NCBI RefSeq assembly: GCF_002310835.1 | Contig: NZ_CP011041.1 | Location: 3,060,001-3,092,000 of the forward strand | Source: Pseudoalteromonas tetraodonis | GTDB lineage: Bacteria; Pseudomonadota; Gammaproteobacteria; Enterobacterales; Alteromonadaceae | Reading direction: 5' to 3' | DNA: 32,000 nucleotides | Part shown: positions 26,433 through 32,000 of the stretch, piece by piece | Layout of the letters: every line of letters begins with the position of its first letter | Position numbering within the stretch: the stretch's first letter is position 1 | The notes under the pieces: model-generated | Told to the model about the DNA's origin: nothing | Seen by the model: the letters and a program-made list of their open reading frames with translations, nothing else | Database searches by the model: none | Program-made: the position numbers and the translations under genes

Positions 26433-27071
26433 TTACATAGGTAAGCGCGCGCGGGTAACGACACTAGCTGGCATTTTTTCAGCAAGTTTAGTTAATGCTC
26501 GCTCTATTTTTTTATGTGTCGCTTTATCGGCTACCGTGGTGTTAAACAGCCAACGATAAGCATCTTCAAAGTCTCTTGGACTACCATAGCCTTGATTAAA
26601 CAAGCCCACTAATCGTAATTGCGCTTTTAAGTTACCTTGCGCTGAGGCCTCACGGAGGTAGGTTATTGCCATGGCTTTGTCTTTTTGGACTAACTGCCCA
26701 ACATCGTAATAGCGACCTAGCTGCTCTAATGCTGCCGCTAAGCCCTGCTCAGCCGCTTTTTTCATGTAATACACACCTAAAGCTACATCACGCTCAACAC
26801 ACACCTTGTAGGCGAGCATATCACCGTATAAAAATTGATACGACGGCAATGCCATTTTATTGGCTCGCGCTTCTATATCTTGCACTAACTGGCAATTATC
26901 TGCCTTCACGCGGGCTAGATGAGTGTTCTCATTAATTAAAGCTATTAACTCAGATTCAGTATACAGCGGCACAGCTGCAGGGCTTTCTTCAGCTAAGCTA
27001 TTGCTTATATTAAATAAAGAAAGTGTAAGTAGTGATAATGACCACACTGAGCAACGAGAAGATAAACGCAT
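26433..27071 (-). CDS. secreted Sel1-like (TPR-family) repeat protein
   Basis: It has the signal peptide MRLSSRCSVWSLSLLTLSLFNISNSLA. Repeated Sel1 signatures follow (GVYYMKKAAEQGLAAALEQLGRYY, YLREASAQGNLKAQLRLVGLF..G.G...DFEDAYRWL). I prefer the ATG at 27071 over the GTG at 27080. Confidence 0.75.
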   Translation of the reverse strand: MRLSSRCSVWSLSLLTLSLFNISNSLAEESPAAVPLYTESELIALINENTHLARVKADNCQLVQDIEARANKMALPSYQFLYGDMLAYKVCVERDVALGVYYMKKAAEQGLAAALEQLGRYYDVGQLVQKDKAMAITYLREASAQGNLKAQLRLVGLFNQGYGSPRDFEDAYRWLFNTTVADKATHKKIERALTKLAEKMPASVVTRARLPM

Positions 27072-27149
27072 ATTAACCACTTTAAAAATAAACTTACCAA
27101 ATAATATACAAAGATCGTTCCACTATTAATAGGTATGCTTTTTTATAGA

Positions 27150-27178
27150 CATAAAAAAAGCTGCACATGGCAGCTTCT
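27150..27178 (-). terminator. rho-independent terminator after purA
   Basis: The minus strand reads AAGCTGC-CATGT-GCAGCTT followed by T7. Confidence 0.8.
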
Positions 27179-27195
27179 TTTCAACATAAACCCAA

Positions 27196-28530
<1,335 letters not shown>

Positions 28531-28670
28531 TTAGGACGAGATTTTACCAGAAAACTAAAGCAAAGTTCACCCCGTTTAGCTTATTTTTTCCTCGTGCCCT
28601 TAGTAAACATCAGTGTTTAGCTAATAATCACATAAATAACAGTGATTTATAAGATTAAAATTCAGATAAC

Positions 28671-28699
28671 AAAAAGCCCTGCAATTGCAGGGCTTTTTA
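28671..28699. terminator. bidirectional terminator downstream of hflC
   Basis: An 8-bp stem, AGCCCTGC / GCAGGGCT, has loop AATT and is flanked by A5 and T5 runs. Confidence 0.85.
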
Positions 28700-28718
28700 A
28701 ATTTAACTAAAGCTGTGA

Positions 28719-29597
28719 TTACTGAGCTTTCGCGCCTTTCATGTATTGGAAGAAGTCGCTATCCGGTGATAACACCATCACGTCTTGCTTTCCTTTGAAA
28801 GTTTGCTTGTAAGCTTCTAAAGAGCGAACAAAGCTAAAGAACTCAGGGTCTTTATTATAAGCACTAGCGTAAATCGCAGCAGCATCAGCATCGCCTTGAC
28901 CACGAACAGAACGCGCATTACGTTCTGCATCAGCAAGCATTACTGTTACTCGGCGGTCAACACCTGCACGAATCGTCTCTGCTTTTTCCTGACCTTCAGA
29001 ACGGTGCTCTTTAGCAACGGCAGTACGCTCAGCACGCATACGTTGGTAAATAGAGCTACTCACCTCTTGAGGTAAGTTAATTTGCTTAACACGTACATCA
29101 AGTACTTCAATACCCAGCTCACTAGCACTTTCAGAGGCTTGTACTAACGCTTCTTCCATCAGCTCGCTACGTTCACCCGATACAATTTCACGAATAGTAC
29201 GAGTACCAAAGTTAGTACGTAGGCCATTATTTACTTTTTGCTTAAGCAGTGTTTCAGCGTATTGCTTATCACCACGTGCACGCAGGTAAAAAGAGCTAAA
29301 GTCGTTAACACGCCATTTTACAAACGAATCAACAATTAAGTCTTTTTTCTCGCTAGTTACAAAGCGATCCGGTGTGCCATCTAGCGTTTGAATACGCGCA
29401 TCAATGCGGCGCACTTGGCTAAAAAATGGCACTTTTAGATGTAGACCTGGACCATAAACTACCGCTTGATCATCGCTGTCTTTTTGTACTTTACTAAATA
29501 AAAGTACAATCGCCTTTTGGCCTTCAGAAACCACAAATACTGACGAGAAACACATTACAATGGCAGCTAATAGGATTACTAAACTAAAGTTTTTCAT
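28719..29597 (-). CDS. hflC: FtsH protease modulator HflC
   Basis: ORF track 292 aa. It has an N-terminal TM helix and an SPFH/band-7 domain (...IEVLDVRVKQINLP..V..S.Y.RM.AER...). It sits directly after hflK with a 5-nt gap. Confidence 0.93.
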   Translation of the reverse strand: MKNFSLVILLAAIVMCFSSVFVVSEGQKAIVLLFSKVQKDSDDQAVVYGPGLHLKVPFFSQVRRIDARIQTLDGTPDRFVTSEKKDLIVDSFVKWRVNDFSSFYLRARGDKQYAETLLKQKVNNGLRTNFGTRTIREIVSGERSELMEEALVQASESASELGIEVLDVRVKQINLPQEVSSSIYQRMRAERTAVAKEHRSEGQEKAETIRAGVDRRVTVMLADAERNARSVRGQGDADAAAIYASAYNKDPEFFSFVRSLEAYKQTFKGKQDVMVLSPDSDFFQYMKGAKAQ

Positions 29598-29602
29598 TAT
29601 GC

Positions 29603-30772
29603 TTATCTCCCGTCGTTGAAGCGATCATTGTTAAAGCGATCATTACCACTATTAACAGTGCTGTTACGTGACGTATTTACCTTGTTACGTAAATCGTTAA
29701 TATCGCTTGAGCTAGGTAAAGCAACGCGTGTTGATGAACCCTGTTTTTCCATGATTTTATCAAGTGGTAAATACATCATGTTGTTACCGCCCTTAACGTC
29801 AACCAATATTTTAGAGCTATTACCTAATACTTCTTGCATTGCGTCTATGTATAAACGCTCGCGTGTTACTTCTTTAGCTGCTTGGTATTCTGGAAGTAAT
29901 TTCTCAAAACGAGCCACTTCACCTTGCGCTTCTAAAGTAATACGCTCTTGGTAACCTTCAGCCTCTTGCGTCATACGCGTTACTTGACCACGCGCACGCG
30001 GTTCAATTTCACGGGCATACGCTTCGGCTTCACGAATAAAGCGTTGTTCATCCTCTTGGGCTGCAATTGCATCATCAAACGCATCTTTAACTTCCATTGG
30101 CGGACGTGAATCCTTGAAGTTAACGTCAGTTACGATTAAACCTAAGTTATAAGGTTCGATGATTTGATTTAGCTCATCCCAGGTATTTTGACGCACAACT
30201 TCACGGCCGTTAGTCAGTACTTGGTCCATTTTTGAATGACCAACAACATAACGCAGTGCACTATCTAATGCTTCTTCAAGGCTGCTGTCAGCGTTAGTGA
30301 CACTAAACTTGTATAAGTATGGGTCGATTACTCGATACTGTACTTCAAACTCAACGCTTACTACGTTTTCATCTTCAGTTAGCATAAAGCCTGATGCTGA
30401 TAACGAACGAACAGCTTCGATATCGACTGGAATAACCGTCTCAACAAAGGTCATTTTCCAACGCAAGCCTGGATCTGCAATTCGGTCAAACTTACCAAAT
30501 TGAAGAACGACACCGCGTTCAGCTTCTTTCACCGTATAAATACCGCTTAACGCCCACACAATGGCAGCGATAATAAGTACAAATGAAATACCGGCTCCGC
30601 CAAGTCCACCGCCGCTACCATTGCCGGATTTTTTACCGCCAAATAAGCCGTTAAACTTGTTACTGAATTTACGGAACACCTCGTCTAAATCAGGTGGGCC
30701 TTGATCACGTCCGCCTTTGTTATTCCACGGATCTTTGTCATTGCCATTATTACCCGGTTCATTCCAGGCCAT
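29603..30772 (-). CDS. hflK: FtsH protease modulator HflK
   Basis: ORF track 389 aa. It shows MAWNEPGNNGNDKDPWNNKGGRDQGPPDLDEVFRKF, a Gly-rich linker, a TM helix and an SPFH domain. This is the canonical HflK N-terminus and hflX-hflK-hflC order. Confidence 0.93.
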   Translation of the reverse strand: MAWNEPGNNGNDKDPWNNKGGRDQGPPDLDEVFRKFSNKFNGLFGGKKSGNGSGGGLGGAGISFVLIIAAIVWALSGIYTVKEAERGVVLQFGKFDRIADPGLRWKMTFVETVIPVDIEAVRSLSASGFMLTEDENVVSVEFEVQYRVIDPYLYKFSVTNADSSLEEALDSALRYVVGHSKMDQVLTNGREVVRQNTWDELNQIIEPYNLGLIVTDVNFKDSRPPMEVKDAFDDAIAAQEDEQRFIREAEAYAREIEPRARGQVTRMTQEAEGYQERITLEAQGEVARFEKLLPEYQAAKEVTRERLYIDAMQEVLGNSSKILVDVKGGNNMMYLPLDKIMEKQGSSTRVALPSSSDINDLRNKVNTSRNSTVNSGNDRFNNDRFNDGR

Positions 30773-30872
30773 AGCTATACTCCATTGTTATCTAAATAAA
30801 TTCGGAAATTGTGTTAAATCTAACAAATCTTATGCATTTCTTATACTAAAACCGACATTAATCTTTCAGTTT

Positions 30873-32000
30873 TTAGTCGCAGCTAATAAAACTTTCAATC
30901 TCTGGGCCAAAATCTTTAATCAAACGATTCCACTCAATCATAGGTAATCGCACATCTAGCAACCAATTACCTTGCTCATCAAAACGTTCGTTATGTACTG
31001 CACTTAAGTTAAATAAAGATGCTCTTAAACGTCCATACTGAGGAGCCAGTATTAAAGTTTCACTCAACATCTTTTTAGCTAGTAGGTCACTAATAGCCTC
31101 ACTTAGCAGCTCGCAACCTTCACCTGTTTTTGCTGATAACCATACCCTTATAGGTTGGCCTTCGTCATCGCGATCAATACGTGGGGTTACATCATCCAGC
31201 GCATCAATTTTGTTGTATACAAGTAATTGCGGTACATCATCAGCTTCAATTTCTTTGAGTACTTCTTGTACCTGTTCAATATTTTCTTTTCGACGAGGGT
31301 CGGCTACATCTATCACGTGTAATTGTAAATCAGCCTCTCGCGTTTCTGTCAGCGTTGCTTTAAATGCAGCCACTAAGTCATGCGGTAAGTGGCGAATAAA
31401 CCCTACAGTATCCGCTAAAATAACCGAACCAACATCGCCAATATCTAATTTGCGTAAGGTTGGGTCTAGTGTTGCAAACAACTGATCAGCGGCATACACA
31501 TCAGAATTTGTAATACGGTTAAATAAGGTTGATTTACCCGCATTAGTATAGCCCACTAAAGAAACCGTTGGGATCTCATTACGAGTACGTGCTCGTCTAC
31601 CTTGCTCACGTTGTACGCCAACTTTAGCCAAACGGGCGCGTATATTTTTAATACGTGCACGTAATAAACGTCGATCGGTTTCTAACTGCGTTTCACCAGG
31701 ACCACGTAAACCAATACCGCCTTTTTGGCGTTCAAGGTGGGTCCAACCTCGGATTAAACGAGTCGACATATGACGAAGCTGCGCTAACTCAACTTGAAGT
31801 TTACCTTCGTGAGTACGTGCGCGCTGAGCAAAAATATCGAGGATAAGTGTGGTTCTATCAAGCACCCGACATTGGCAAACACGCTCTAAATTACGTTCTT
31901 GAGACGGACTTAACTGATGGTTAAAAATGACAACATCGGCATTGTGGATTTTGACAATTTCAGCTATTTCTTCTGCTTTGCCGGTACCGACAAATAGCTT
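30873..32000 (-). CDS. hflX: ribosome-associated GTPase HflX (5' end beyond the window)
   Basis: The track ORF (30873..31865) begins at an internal GTG. My translation of 31866..32000 continues in frame: [75 protein letters not shown], the conserved HflX N-domain. The G-domain carries motifs [14 protein letters not shown] and NKID. Confidence 0.93.
   Translation of the reverse strand, partial: KLFVGTGKAEEIAEIVKIHNADVVIFNHQLSPSQERNLERVCQCRVLDRTTLILDIFAQRARTHEGKLQVELAQLRHMSTRLIRGWTHLERQKGGIGLRGPGETQLETDRRLLRARIKNIRARLAKVGVQREQGRRARTRNEIPTVSLVGYTNAGKSTLFNRITNSDVYAADQLFATLDPTLRKLDIGDVGSVILADTVGFIRHLPHDLVAAFKATLTETREADLQLHVIDVADPRRKENIEQVQEVLKEIEADDVPQLLVYNKIDALDDVTPRIDRDDEGQPIRVWLSAKTGEGCELLSEAISDLLAKKMLSETLILAPQYGRLRASLFNLSAVHNERFDEQGNWLLDVRLPMIEWNRLIKDFGPEIESFISCD

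Noticed and set aside
29618-29644. Two tandem 15-bp units (GAAGCGATCATT/AAAGCGATCATT cores) that encode the NDRFN-NDRFN repeat at the HflK C-terminus
   Set aside because: This is a short in-frame duplication in a low-complexity tail, probably replication slippage with no functional implication visible here.
30873-31865. Track start for hflX at 31865
   Set aside because: That codon is an internal GTG (Val). The frame stays open to base 32000 and encodes the conserved HflX N-domain, so the gene is 5'-truncated by the window.

Overview
This window reads as a largely core chromosomal segment of a low-GC marine gammaproteobacterium. Gene content and synteny suggest Alteromonadales or Pseudoalteromonas, but that is inference and cannot be verified here. 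From left to right it contains a Cu/Ag RND efflux operon on the minus strand: a small Met/His/Cys-rich secreted protein, a TolC-like outer membrane factor, and a CusB-like adaptor with a fused CusF-like domain that runs off the left edge. Next come a PqiA-like membrane protein, an EAL+HDOD protein, phnA/yjdM-like, a YbaY+META lipoprotein, rlmJ, and a zapB-like/zapA pair. A co-directional block follows: secreted MBL-fold hydrolase, mltD, slyD, SDR, amidohydrolase_2, an S41 peptidase lipoprotein and a small lipoprotein. It faces a convergent enolase-superfamily dehydratase and a class II aldolase. After these lie a monoheme cytochrome c, yaiL (DUF2058), an MFS transporter, a ProX/YbaK-like deacylase-domain protein with a coupled lipoprotein, and a stand-alone tRNA-Ala(UGC). 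The right part holds proBA, an 862-bp AT-rich non-coding gap, a CPA1-type cation/proton antiporter, a Sel1-repeat protein, purA, hflC, hflK and hflX, which runs off the right edge. Strong GC-stem rho-independent terminators mark most convergent or unit boundaries. I found no CRISPR array, transposase, integrase, phage genes, toxin-antitoxin pair or recognisable defence genes, and no convincing evidence for a novel multi-gene system. The most checkable oddities are the Met/His/Cys-rich protein heading the cus operon, the S41 lipoprotein plus partner lipoprotein, the split four-enzyme sugar-acid gene set, and the long non-coding region upstream of the antiporter. All functional calls rest on motif recognition in the supplied translations or my own translation; no database search was run.
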